Assembly: GCA_048213135.1 (NCBI GenBank)
Contig: PS015109.1
Coordinates: 116,400-136,399, forward strand
Direction: 5' to 3'
DNA length: 20,000 nucleotides
Source: Reclinomonas americana ATCC 50394
Lineage: Eukaryota
Shown: piece by piece, positions 10,279 through 20,000 of the stretch
Layout: every line of letters begins with the position of its first letter
Position numbering within the stretch: position 1 is the first letter of the stretch
Translations under genes and position numbers: made by a program
The notes under the pieces: model-generated
Databases searched by the model: none
What the model was told of the DNA's origin: nothing
What the model saw: only the letters and a program-made list of their open reading frames with translations

Positions 10279-13200
10279 ATGCTTCCATCCAACAGCAACA
10301 GCAGCGCAGTGGTGCGGATTGTGGACTGGGAGTGCGGGTTAATATCCATGTGCATGCGAGTGTGCGTGTGCATGCATGCTGAATGGCAGTGCATGCGTAT
10401 AGATCGTACCGTTCCCTCGCGCAATGTTTGTCAACACTCCGCATGATGTGCGCGACGTGTTGTTGCCCGACAAGACGAACAGCTTCGTGCAGCTGCAGAT
10501 TCCTGCGGTGCCAAAGAACGGGCCCGAGGAGTTTGCATGTCGAGTTGTCACTGAGAGGGTGCCGGCGTTCTTTGGCACTGCTGGCATCGGCAAGACATCG
10601 CAGATGACGAGGGCGGCTGGCAGGCTGGAAGCGCTGCTCGTGAACGGTGATTCGCTCGACTAGAGGGAGAGGCTGCGTCTTGCGTCTCACACTACTCTCC
10701 AGCGGGCTACCACGTCCACCGACTGGATGTGGCATATGGCAACGCAAGCAGCCTCGGCGGGGTTGCGCAGTGCGAGAAGGCTTCGCCGTTGGCTGACGGC
10801 AGGCTGGTCGAGGCGCCTGCCGAGTTTGTGCAAGCGGCGACTGCGTGGCGGCTTCTGCTGGCCCACTTCTGTGTGCAGGGTACGGCGCGTTTCTCGCTGG
10901 TCGACGATGTACGCGCTGCCTATGGCGACACGTGGTCCATACTCTCCACTGCAGTCGCGATGCAATGCATTCGGCTGGATCTGATTGAGGCCGGTCGTCT
11001 CAAGAAAGACGGCAAGTGCGTGAGGTGTGAACATGCTGTCTGTGCTGCATACATCGCTCACTCTAACAGGTTGGCTGTGCTTTGCTTGATGGACGACGTT
11101 CAGAACATCCTGTACACGGCAGTGGAGGCAGCGCAGTTGCTGAGGTCAGCCGATCCGACTGCACTGGCGGTCTGTGCACGCAGCAATGGTGCGCATTGCG
11201 TTGTTCTTACCAGCGGTGGTGCACCGCAGTCACTTTGCCGACGGCGTCTGACGCTCGCACTGCAAGCGATGCAAGAGTCTCTCCCACAATCGGGCACAAA
11301 TGTGGTCTTTCCCATGATCGCTGGCGTTGTCACTGTGGATCCGATCGCAGTGGAGTCGACGCTCGCTCTAGTCCCCGGGATTCCACTTGAATTATGGGAG
11401 ACTGACGAACTGATGCGGCGCATGTTTGAGCTCACGGACGCGAGTTGCGTGTGTTTGTGTGTGAAGGAGTTTTCCAAGGTCTCGCTTGGTCGTCGTTTCA
11501 AATTTTCGCCGCTCTCTGTGACTTACTCTAACCATCGATTCCGCAGCAACTGCGCTCACTGGTGTCGGTCTTCCGGCATCCGTCCGCGTGGCCTGGCGTA
11601 CGAGCAAGGCGTTGCGATCGGCACTGGACAGTCGTGCTCAACTGGCGCGAGAGCAGATCAAAGTCGTGAAAGCCGCACTTGGTTGCGTGATGGAGCCCCT
11701 TGCGCGTGGGTCTCCGCTCACTCATCATCCTCTCTCCGAGCAGAATGTCTGCAAGTGACTGGCCAAGCTGAAGATGGTGACCGGTGACTTTGTATCCGCC
11801 TTGAGCACACTGTGGTCGCAGCGCTCACTGGTTTCCTTCGCAGGTCGCTCTGTGCTGTCGATTGACGACGGCAAGCTTGCGTGTAATCTGCCCGGCATGG
11901 ATGCCTCAGTTCACATTGAGGAAAAATCTTGCATGCCGCGATCGACGCTGGTAATGTCACAGCACCTGCGGTCGAGGAGGCGGTTGCTGCAGGGCATGTA
12001 GTTCTGCGTTTGGTGAGTTTTCTCCGCCTCATGTTGTGTGTTTGCTTCCTTCATGAGCCTGACTGTTGGGCGATAGACGCCAGACAGCAGGTTCAAGGTG
12101 TACGTGCCGCCAGTGCTCCTCTTGCAACTCTGGGGGACGACTGGCCGATATGCTGCTCTTGTTGCAAAGATGATGTCGTGCGGATTGGATGGCGAAAGGA
12201 TGAGGCCCTCTCGCGCGTGGGAGGTGTGGCGGGTGGCGTACGTGTCGATGCAAGTGGAGCGACACATTCCCGTGGCGTCGATGTCGTTAAAGTCCATCTA
12301 CAGACTGGACGCCTTGCAAGGTTTGTGCAAGCGCGGTTGATTCGCAGAACACAAGCTCCTCTCACGCTCCTCAGCACCCATCCATGATGTATGGAGAACT
12401 ACGGTGCGCCTTGGACAACTGACGCCAGAAAGGACTGTGGACGCGGCAGACATTGTCAGCAGTCGCTGGTCACCACCATGGCTGTCGAAGAACGGACCTG
12501 TTGAGGTACCGTTGCTGTGTACGTTGCTTCCGCCGAGAGGTTGCTCACTCCACGTCGAGCAGGTCTCCAGAGGCCGGTTGTCCGCCGTCTACCTGACGGC
12601 CGACAGTGCATGTGGCTGTAGTTTTGTGACTGCGTTCGAGACTGAAGACAAGCGACGGATTGTGGTTCTTGAACAGTGCCAGCTGCTTTTCCGTGACGCA
12701 GAAGTTGTTGCACGAGCGCTGCAAAAATTGTACTCGGTGTGTGGTTCGCGACGCTCTTCGGACTCTTCAGGTCGTTGAAATCATGGCGTGCGACACACAG
12801 ATCGGTCAGTTTTTCGCGCGAGCCAACACCGTATCGTGGGTTGCCGTGCTGTCATCACCGCATGCGATCCCTGCCTTGCATGACCGCGACTGGGACCGCA
12901 TCGGCATATCAGCAGACGATCGCTCTCGGTTCGCCGTGATAGACAAGGCTGTGGCGGCCGAGTACTACGGACCAACTTTCTGCGATATGCCTCTGCGTAC
13001 GAGTTGCGTTGCGGAACTTCCATGCCGCATGCGGCAACCTCGTGCTGATCGTGTCGCAGCGCAACTTCGAATCAACTCATCCGACGGCACCGACTCTGCC
13101 ATCGCGACAGCACTATTCGATGTGCTGATGCTCCTTGTGGGCGACGCGGCAGCAGAAACCGTCAAAATGGAGGTGGCAGTGCTGGCCAAAACGATAGATT

Positions 13201-13379
13201 CTTCGAAGCCGCTCACTGGCTACAGATCGGCCGACCACCTGTGTCAAGTGATCGGCAATTGCAACGAACAATCCGCTCGAAGAGTTCTCGACGTTCTGCA
13301 ACTTGCCGGGCAGCGGATCGGTGACGCCAATGCCATCAACGACTTGCATTCGTGGTTCACCTTTGTCTTTCGCTTCTGA
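10279..13379 (+). CDS. CR (Crinkler/RHS)-like protein: P-loop NTPase + degenerate restriction-endonuclease-fold domain + HhH-like tail. Model exons: 10279-10311, 10403-10646, 10703-11015, 11070-11443 (possible in-frame intron 11170-11229), 11547-11681, 11744-11776, 11844-11882, 11963-12012, 12077-12320, 12375-12505, 12563-12703 (or 12736), 12771-12996, 13060-13379.
   Basis: Walker A FFGTAGIGKTS, strand RLDVAYGN, Walker B VLCLMDDVQ, VVFPMIAG, GLP motif. Then VYVPPVLL, RAWEVWRVAY, CSFVTAF..IVVLEQCQ, AVIDKAVAAEYYGPTF and LRINSS..LAKTI..GYRSADHL. The exon model at 11680-12010 is less certain. Confidence 0.7.
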
Positions 13380-13549
13380 TGGCCGTGAAGTCTCGACGCA
13401 TTGAAATGCGCGCGGGACAAGTGAAGTGCGCTCTGCGTTTGCGTGAGAGTGAGAGAACGAGTCGTGGGGGCTTGCTAAGAGGAGACGGTGGTCAAGGGGA
13501 GAGTGTTGGCGATTATCAGGACAGGTGAGAGGAGCAATGCAAGAATAAC

Positions 13550-14264
13550 ATGCAACACACAAATGCCACGTTGATTCGCTCACTTATTCACTCAGTCACT
13601 CACACACACACACACTCACACACACAAGCACTCAGTCACTCACTCACATGCACACACTTTCTCACTCTCGCATTTACATGTGCACAATCAATCACTGATT
13701 TCCTCCCCCTTGTCTCACTCCTTCTCTTCTTCTCCATCTCTCACTCACTCTCTGGCTCACTCTCCCTCCCCCTTGTCTCCTTTCCCTCTCTTCTTCTCCC
13801 TCTCTCACTCACTCACTCACCCTGCCCCCGCTCATTGCCTTTTCCTTTCTCTTTCCCTCCCTTCTCTCACTCACTCACTCCCACAGCACACCGCCGGCAT
13901 CACCCTCAAGCGACACCTCGTCCACCCCCGTCGCCACCCACTCCACGCCCTTCCTGCTCATTCACCAGTCGACCTCCTCTCCCACCACCGCCAGCGAAGA
14001 GCACGGACTTCTCCTCGGCCAACCCGTTCTCCGTCGTCGCAGTCGCAGTGCCAGTCGCCGGGGTGCACTTGAGGACCTCTCTCCAGCAGTCGCCGTCACT
14101 GTTGTAGCGCCCTTTGCACTTGTTATTGACAGTGCAAGAGAGGAAGGAGAAGAGGAGGAAGAGGCTGAAGAGGAGGAGGAGGAGAACAGCAGCGCCAACA
14201 GCGAGCTGGATCGACGACAACTCATCGCCAGTGATCTCTACTCGTCGGTCGGAGCAGCAGAGTG
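13550..14264 (+). CDS. Probable 5' exons of the TTC7-like gene (13550-13569, 13887-14264): low-complexity Ser/Pro and Glu-rich N-terminus
   Basis: Phase-2 join MQHTNAT|TPPASPS... across a pyrimidine-rich intron. Open frame continues to ELDRRQLIASDLYSSVGAAEW and ends at a GTTGCG donor. Confidence 0.5.
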
Positions 14265-14274
14265 GTTGCGTGAT

Positions 14275-14558
14275 TCTCTCCTCCTTCTGCGTCTCCTCCT
14301 TCTCCTTGCTCTTGTGCTTCTTCTTCTTTTCGTTCTTGTTCTTCTCCTTCTTGTTGTTGTTCTTCTTCTTCTTTGTCTTCTTCTTCTTCTCCTCCTCCTT
14401 CTTCCTCTTCCTCTTCTTCTTCTTCTTCCTTCTCCTTTCTTCTCCTTCTTGCTGTCTTTTCATTTCCTTTTCCTCATCCTTCTTTCCTTCTCCTCTTCTC
14501 TTCTTTCTCCTCCTCCTCCTCTTTCTCCACCACCTCCTCCTCCTCCTCCTCCTCCTCC
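14275..14558. repeat. Intronic (TCT/TCC/TTC)n trinucleotide low-complexity tract
   Basis: Seen directly. It causes the spurious poly-K/E/F/S ORFs. Confidence 0.9.
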
Positions 14559-14980
14559 NNNNNNNNNNNNNNNNNNNNNNNNNNNNNNNNNNNNNNNNNN
14601 NNNNNNNNNNNNNNNNNNNNNNNNNNNNNNNNNNNNNNNNNNNNNNNNNNNNNNNNNNNNNNNNNNNNNNNNNNNNNNNNNNNNNNNNNNNNNNNNNNNN
14701 NNNNNNNNNNNNNNNNNNNNNNNNNNNNNNNNNNNNNNNNNNNNNNNNNNNNNNNNNNNNNNNNNNNNNNNNNNNNNNNNNNNNNNNNNNNNNNNNNNNN
14801 NNNNNNNNNNNNNNNNNNNNNNNNNNNNNNNNNNNNNNNNNNNNNNNNNNNNNNNNNNNNNNNNNNNNNNNNNNNNNNNNNNNNNNNNNNNNNNNNNNNN
14901 NNNNNNNNNNNNNNNNNNNNNNNNNNNNNNNNNNNNNNNNNNNNNNNNNNNNNNNNNNNNNNNNNNNNNNNNNNNNNNNN

Positions 14981-15488
14981 ACCCTCGACGTACTTGTGCA
15001 GGTGATCCACCACCGCGCTAAAGTCGGCAAATGAATCCGCGAACCGGCCATTCCGGTAGTCGAGCAGGCCTGTTGCACAGTGAGATATTACTCTCCTTAC
15101 TCTCCGTTGCCTTTTCCCCAATGACGCACCCTTGACCGTCATCACCATGCAGTACTCGAGCAGGGTGCCGAACGGCTCGAGAATGAACTCATTGGCGTCG
15201 GTGATGTTGAGCGGAATCACCACCACGGTCTGTCCGCACTGCGCTGGGGGGTGGAAGGCACTGCTGTCGAGGATGGTGGCCGCCTCGGCGAGATCATTCA
15301 GCGCGAGGTGGCACTCGGCGAGCAGGGCCACCGCACGCTGCGCGAGGCTCAGACCGGATGCATCGACAAACAACCAACCAAAACAGACAAACAAGAAATC
15401 ACCTCCGAGTTCGCATGCTGCACCATGGTGGCCTCGAGCACATCCTTGGCCGCACGCACCGTCGACAGCGCTGCACGGCGGGCCTCCG
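14981..15488 (-). CDS. Internal TPR exons (15488-15403, 15337-15130, 15069-14981), probably part of the TTC7-like gene on a mis-oriented contig
   Basis: Spliced HANSERAVALLAECHLALNDLAEAATILD...YCMVMTVKGLLDYRNGRFADSFADFSAVVDHL resembles the N-terminal TPRs of NPG1/TTC7. Two GT-AG introns (65 and 60 nt). Gaps on both sides. Confidence 0.65.
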
Positions 15489-16248
15489 ANNNNNNNNNNN
15501 NNNNNNNNNNNNNNNNNNNNNNNNNNNNNNNNNNNNNNNNNNNNNNNNNNNNNNNNNNNNNNNNNNNNNNNNNNNNNNNNNNNNNNNNNNNNNNNNNNNN
15601 NNNNNNNNNNNNNNNNNNNNNNNNNNNNNNNNNNNNNNNNNNNNNNNNNNNNNNNNNNNNNNNNNNNNNNNNNNNNNNNNNNNNNNNNNNNNNNNNNNNN
15701 NNNNNNNNNNNNNNNNNNNNNNNNNNNNNNNNNNNNNNNNNNNNNNNNNNNNNNNNNNNNNNNNNNNNNNNNNNNNNNNNNNNNNNNNNNNNNNNNNNNN
15801 NNNNNNNNNNNNNNNNNNNNNNNNNNNNNNNNNNNNNNNNNNNNNNNNNNNNNNNNNNNNNNNNNNNNNNNNNNNNNNNNNNNNNNNNNNNNNNNNNNNN
15901 NNNNNNNNNNNNNNNNNNNNNNNNNNNNNNNNNNNNNNNNNNNNNNNNNNNNNNNNNNNNNNNNNNNNNNNNNNNNNNNNNNNNNNNNNNNNNNNNNNNN
16001 NNNNNNNNNNNNNNNNNNNNNNNNNNNNNNNNNNNNNNNNNNNNNNNNNNNNNNNNNNNNNNNNNNNNNNNNNNNNNNNNNNNNNNNNNNNNNNNNNNNN
16101 NNNNNNNNNNNNNNNNNNNNNNNNNNNNNNNNNNNNNNNNNNNNNNNNNNNNNNNNNNNNNNNNNNNNNNNNNNNNNNNNNNNNNNNNNNNNNGTCGCGG
16201 GGGGCTTGTCGTCGCGTGTCTTGCTCATCGTGCATGTGTGTCACACAG

Positions 16249-18555
16249 ATTCATGGATCGGCTGACACCGCGTGTGTTGGAGCGTGTGCAACCATTTTTC
16301 GCCTGGCATCTCGAGCAGGCACTCCTATACACTCCCCTGGCTGCTCACCGCTCTGGGTACGCCCGGTACATTTTTGTGTGTTTTGCTGTCCACTTATTTT
16401 TCTTCTCAGCGAGTCCGCGATGACGGTCCTGCAATTGCATCGCGAGGGCCTCTCCTTCCCCTACAAGTTGCACAAACGTGCGCGGTGGCTGCAGCTCTTC
16501 AACTGCGCCGAGCACTTGCTGTATCACATGACCGAGGAGATGTACACGGCCGAGGGCTTTGGGTCGCATGTCGGCAGCGTGGCGAACGCCATGTAAGTGA
16601 CTCTCTGCGTCCTTGTGCGTCAAGTGCGAATTGCTCATCTGCCTCTGGCAGCACGATTGAGCGGCCTTCGAGCGCGCTCGAGGAGACCGTGGGTGTGTTG
16701 TTGCTTCTGGAACGTGAACTCACCGGTTTTGAGGCGGAGATGGTGCATCACATTGTTGTTGAATTGCTTCATCTGCTTTCCCACTCTCACCTTGTGCGCT
16801 CCCGACGCAGGCCATATCTCGTGAGTCTGTGTACTGCATGCTCACCGATGCACTGATTCGCACCGGTCAGCGAGTGCAGCTGCGACGAGTTGCGTGCACA
16901 TTTCATAGACTTGCGCAGGCCATTGACATCTACTCACTGCAAAATCAGCTGCTGGAGGACTCGCTGAGTGTGTGCTTCTCCGAGTCTCGCCGCGTGCAAT
17001 ATCGCTACATCATGTCACTGTTTGGCACGCACGAGTATCGGCACTGCCTGCGGGTACTCAAGGAGCATCGCAATCTCATCGATCGGTACGAGGCGCCAGG
17101 TGCCGCGCGCAACAGCACCCTGTGCTCCCTCGACATGTTCAAGTGCAAGATCCTCGTCAACGTGTTCGGGCAGGTGAGCGGCCTCTATGCATGATTGCAT
17201 GCAGCACTGCCTGTGCGTGTGTGCATCTCAACGTAGAGTGTGTCGCGCAGCATGCCACCGCGTGGGACGTTGTGAATCAAATGCAAACATTGCCGCCACC
17301 ACCGCATCTGCACGTGTTGTGCGCGTACGCCGAGGCGCTGTGCATGTGGCACTCGGCCAGTGCTCAAGGTTGGTGTATGCATGCTTGCAGGTTTTGTTTC
17401 TTTCCTTACTGTTCTGACGCGGCACTCCTGCGCCAGAGGGTTCGTTCCAGAAGCAAATCGCCTTCCGAGAGACTGCCGTGCGCGCGTTCCACAACATTTA
17501 CGAATCGAGCCCGCTGTCGCACAACTATGGGCGTGCATTCGCGCTCACACTGGCCTCCTGCCGTCAAGTGCGCGAGGCCGCCGAGCAGTGCCAGCGGTGT
17601 CTGGAGATGGTCCCCGTGCCGGCGCAGACATGGATTTTGACGGGCATGGTGCTCACCGCAGCCAAGATGCCATCGGCAGCCCTCGAAGTGATCCACACCG
17701 CACTGGAGGATCATCCGCTTGACTTGGGGTGCGTTTCAGTTTTATTAATGGATGTGCGCGCCAAGCTCACCATTGTGCAGACTTTACTTCCTGCGAGGAT
17801 GCGTCGAATTCCAGCTCGAGCTTCATGAGCAGAGCTTGTCAACCTTTCGCGAGTTGCTGCAACTGGTCACCGATCGGTTCCAGCTCGCCGCCGTTGACTC
17901 TATTGACCGACAGTTGAGTGCTCGTTTGTGTGTGTGAGGGTGCATGCCCACTGCAATAATGTGACCTGATATGTTCGTGCGTTGCGTAGTCCGGTTCTCG
18001 AGCACTCCATGGAAGAGGAATGGGAGTGCCGTGATCGGACCACGGTGTGGACTTGCGGAAGTGGTGAGACTCGTTCCGCATGCGCGAGAGAATGTGGCAG
18101 AGCCATGCGCTCATTCTTCCTTGTGTGCAGTTCTCGACACCTCGAGCCCGGCTGTGCGCGTCGGCATTGCAAAACTGCTGACGCAACTCAGCCAGTGGTT
18201 CCTGGCACTCGATGAGCACGACGATGCGCGAGTGGCTGCCGCACGAGCCAACGCACTGAGTCCCAACTCGGCCGACTGTCGGTTCACTGTGCGTGTGTTC
18301 TTATTCTGAACTCTTGACTCCTCCTGACCCTGACCCGTGTTGTGCTGGCGAAAAATAGATCGGCCTTCTGCAACTGCATCAGGGATACCAAGAGGAGGCG
18401 CTGCAGGACTTTGAGCGTGCAACATCGCAGAGCGCGCCGCATTGCCAGGCTCACGTGGAGACCGGGCGCATCTTTGCACAATTCGGTCGCTTGCACTTGG
18501 CGCGACATCACCTCGTGCAAGCCATTCGCATCAACATGTTTTCCCACGAAGCATG
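16249..18555 (+). CDS. TTC7: TTC7/Ypp1/NPG1-family TPR protein (PI4-kinase IIIalpha complex scaffold-like). Exons 16249-16356, 16410-16592, 16652-16742, 16811-16888, 16949-17173, 17251-17368, 17437-17728, 17781-17912, 17990-18063, 18131-18288, 18359-18555. Last exon not seen (probably in the gap at 18665).
   Basis: PSSALEETVGVLLLLE, SVYCMLTDALIRTGQ..LLEDSL..F, ALTLASCRQVREA, VLTAAK..ALEVIHTALEDHP and QAIRINMFSHEAW occur in the order known for TTC7. All joins are GT-AG and frame-consistent. Confidence 0.8.
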
Positions 18556-18565
18556 GTGCGGTGCT

Positions 18566-18566
<1 letters not shown>

Positions 18567-18623
<57 letters not shown>

Positions 18624-18642
18624 ACCTCTCTCTCTCTCTCTC
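18567..18642. repeat. (CA)n followed by (CT)n microsatellite, intronic
   Basis: Seen directly. Confidence 0.9.
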
Positions 18643-18969
18643 ACTCGTCCCCTCTCCACTCACGNNNNNNNNNNNNNNNNNNNNAGGGAAACAAGGAACG
18701 AGGAGGAGACAAACCGGCCAGTCATGCGCCACGAGACACGCACAAGCAAGGACCCTCACGGGCAACACTCTCACCGCGTGCGTGCGCATCACCCCGCGAC
18801 ACGTAATGACTGGCAAACCCAACCCCGCCCTCCACATCCTCCCCCACCAAAACAACAACAACCGTCATCCCGTGACCTCGTGGCACCCACTTGATTGTCG
18901 TCCACCGTCACCGGCACACACCAACGGAGCAGGAAAAAAAACGAGAACAGAATCACCCCAAATCACACA

Positions 18970-19412
18970 TTATGCCGAGTGGCCAATCTTGGAGGCATAC
19001 TCCTCGTGACGTTCGTCACGGCGGGCACGCGCCTCGGCATCGGCCAGCAGCTCGTCGGGTGACTTGGCCGCCTCGCTGGCATGCTGGCCAGCGAGAGAGA
19101 CGTAGGCACGAGAAGTGGCCGCCATGTTCTTCTTCTCCTCGGCGGAGAGGTCGCGCACGTACCTCGCGGGCGCACCAGCCCACAGCTGCGTAGGTAAAGA
19201 TATGTGCATGAGTGAATGGGATAAGAAAAAAAAGGGGGGGAGGCAGGGGTAGGACGAAACCTGGCCGGCGGGGATTTGCTGATTCATCTTGACGAGCGAG
19301 CCGGGGCTGACCATCGCCTCCTCACCAATCACGGCGCCGTCGAGAATAATGGCGCCGAGACCGACAAAGGCCTTGTCCTTGATTGTGCAGGCGTGCAGGA
19401 TTGCACCGGATT
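18970..19412 (-). CDS. Gamma carbonic anhydrase family protein (mitochondrial complex I CA-type subunit), last two exons 19412-19261 and 19185-18970. 5' exons lie beyond the window.
   Basis: Hexapeptide repeats SGAILHACTIKDKAFVGLGAIILDGAVIGEEAMVSPGSLV..IPAGQLWAGAPARYVRDLSAEE, then a helix YVSLAGQHASEAAKS..EEYASKIG like plant/protist complex I gamma-CA C-termini. Confidence 0.9.
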
Positions 19413-19918
19413 CTGCGGAGGGGCGCAAGGGGGAAGGGAGAAGGGAAGGGAGTTGAGAATAAGAGAGGAGATAAAAAAGCACGAGCGCAATACCGCACGA
19501 AGAAGGAGAAGAGGAGAGGAGAGAAGAGAAATCGCTTTGGTTAGTACAATCGAAGAGGTGACAGGCACCACGAGGTGAGGGTGAAGGGAGAATGCCATTG
19601 AGGAGAGCAACACCAGCAAAGCAAGGAAAGACAAGCAATGAGAAAGTGACAGATGACGACAACGCGCAGGGGACGACAGCAGAAGAGAGGAGCGCACACG
19701 CGGGTGCACAGCGGTACACAAAAGGGCAAGAGAAGAGCAGAGAGGAAACAAAGCGAACGACGCGCCCAGACGCGAGCACATCCACACACAAACGGGAAAT
19801 AAGAATGAGACAGACGACTAATGCAATCACGAGGCACACGCGAAGCGAAAAACGCACATAGCACCAGCACACGCCAGGGAAGATAGATTTAGGGGGACGT
19901 GCCGTGTTTGACATAGTC

Positions 19919-19935
19919 AGAGAAGAGAGAGAGAC

Positions 19936-19997
<62 letters not shown>
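19919..19997. repeat. (GA)n microsatellite in the long gamma-CA intron
   Basis: Seen directly. Confidence 0.9.

Positions 19998-20000
<3 letters not shown>

Noticed and set aside
11756-11758. In-frame TGA (..VCK*LAKLKM..) suggesting readthrough, selenocysteine or an altered genetic code
   Set aside because: Two ordinary introns (11682-11743 and 11777-11843) with ctcac..cag 3' ends put this exon in another frame. TGA is used as a real stop at 8360 and 13379.
11915-11930. Apparent frameshift in gaggaaaaatcttg
   Set aside because: It can be placed inside an intron (11883-11962). A homopolymer error is not excluded, but no recoding needs to be invoked.
13906-16596. Long ORFs spanning N-gaps and poly-K/E/F/S tracts
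   Set aside because: Artefacts of N runs and intronic trinucleotide repeats.
1-20000. tRNA, rRNA, snRNA or transposase/reverse transcriptase genes; species identity
   Set aside because: None recognised by eye. The organism cannot be named from this window.

Overview
Intron-rich eukaryotic (protist-like) draft scaffold with several N-gaps. The ORF track is mostly misleading here, so genes were reconstructed by hand across GT-AG introns. Six genes are supported: (1) a large secreted or surface protein on the minus strand with NHL beta-propellers inserted inside split FN3-like domains (runs off the left edge); (2) Tom7 with a low-complexity N-terminal extension; (3) an F-box protein with an unrecognised C-terminal domain; (4) head-to-head with it, a Crinkler/RHS(CR)-like P-loop NTPase + degenerate PD-(D/E)xK-like domain + HhH-like tail with almost no N-terminal header; (5) a TTC7/Ypp1/NPG1-family TPR protein with one internal contig in inverted orientation; (6) the 3' part of a mitochondrial complex I gamma-carbonic anhydrase. 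The strongest window-wide signal is the splice donors: about 17 of roughly 42 inferred introns start GTTGCG(T), GTTGAG(T) or a close variant, i.e. the GTGMGT consensus shifted by one nucleotide. All family assignments come from motif recognition by eye, not database searches.
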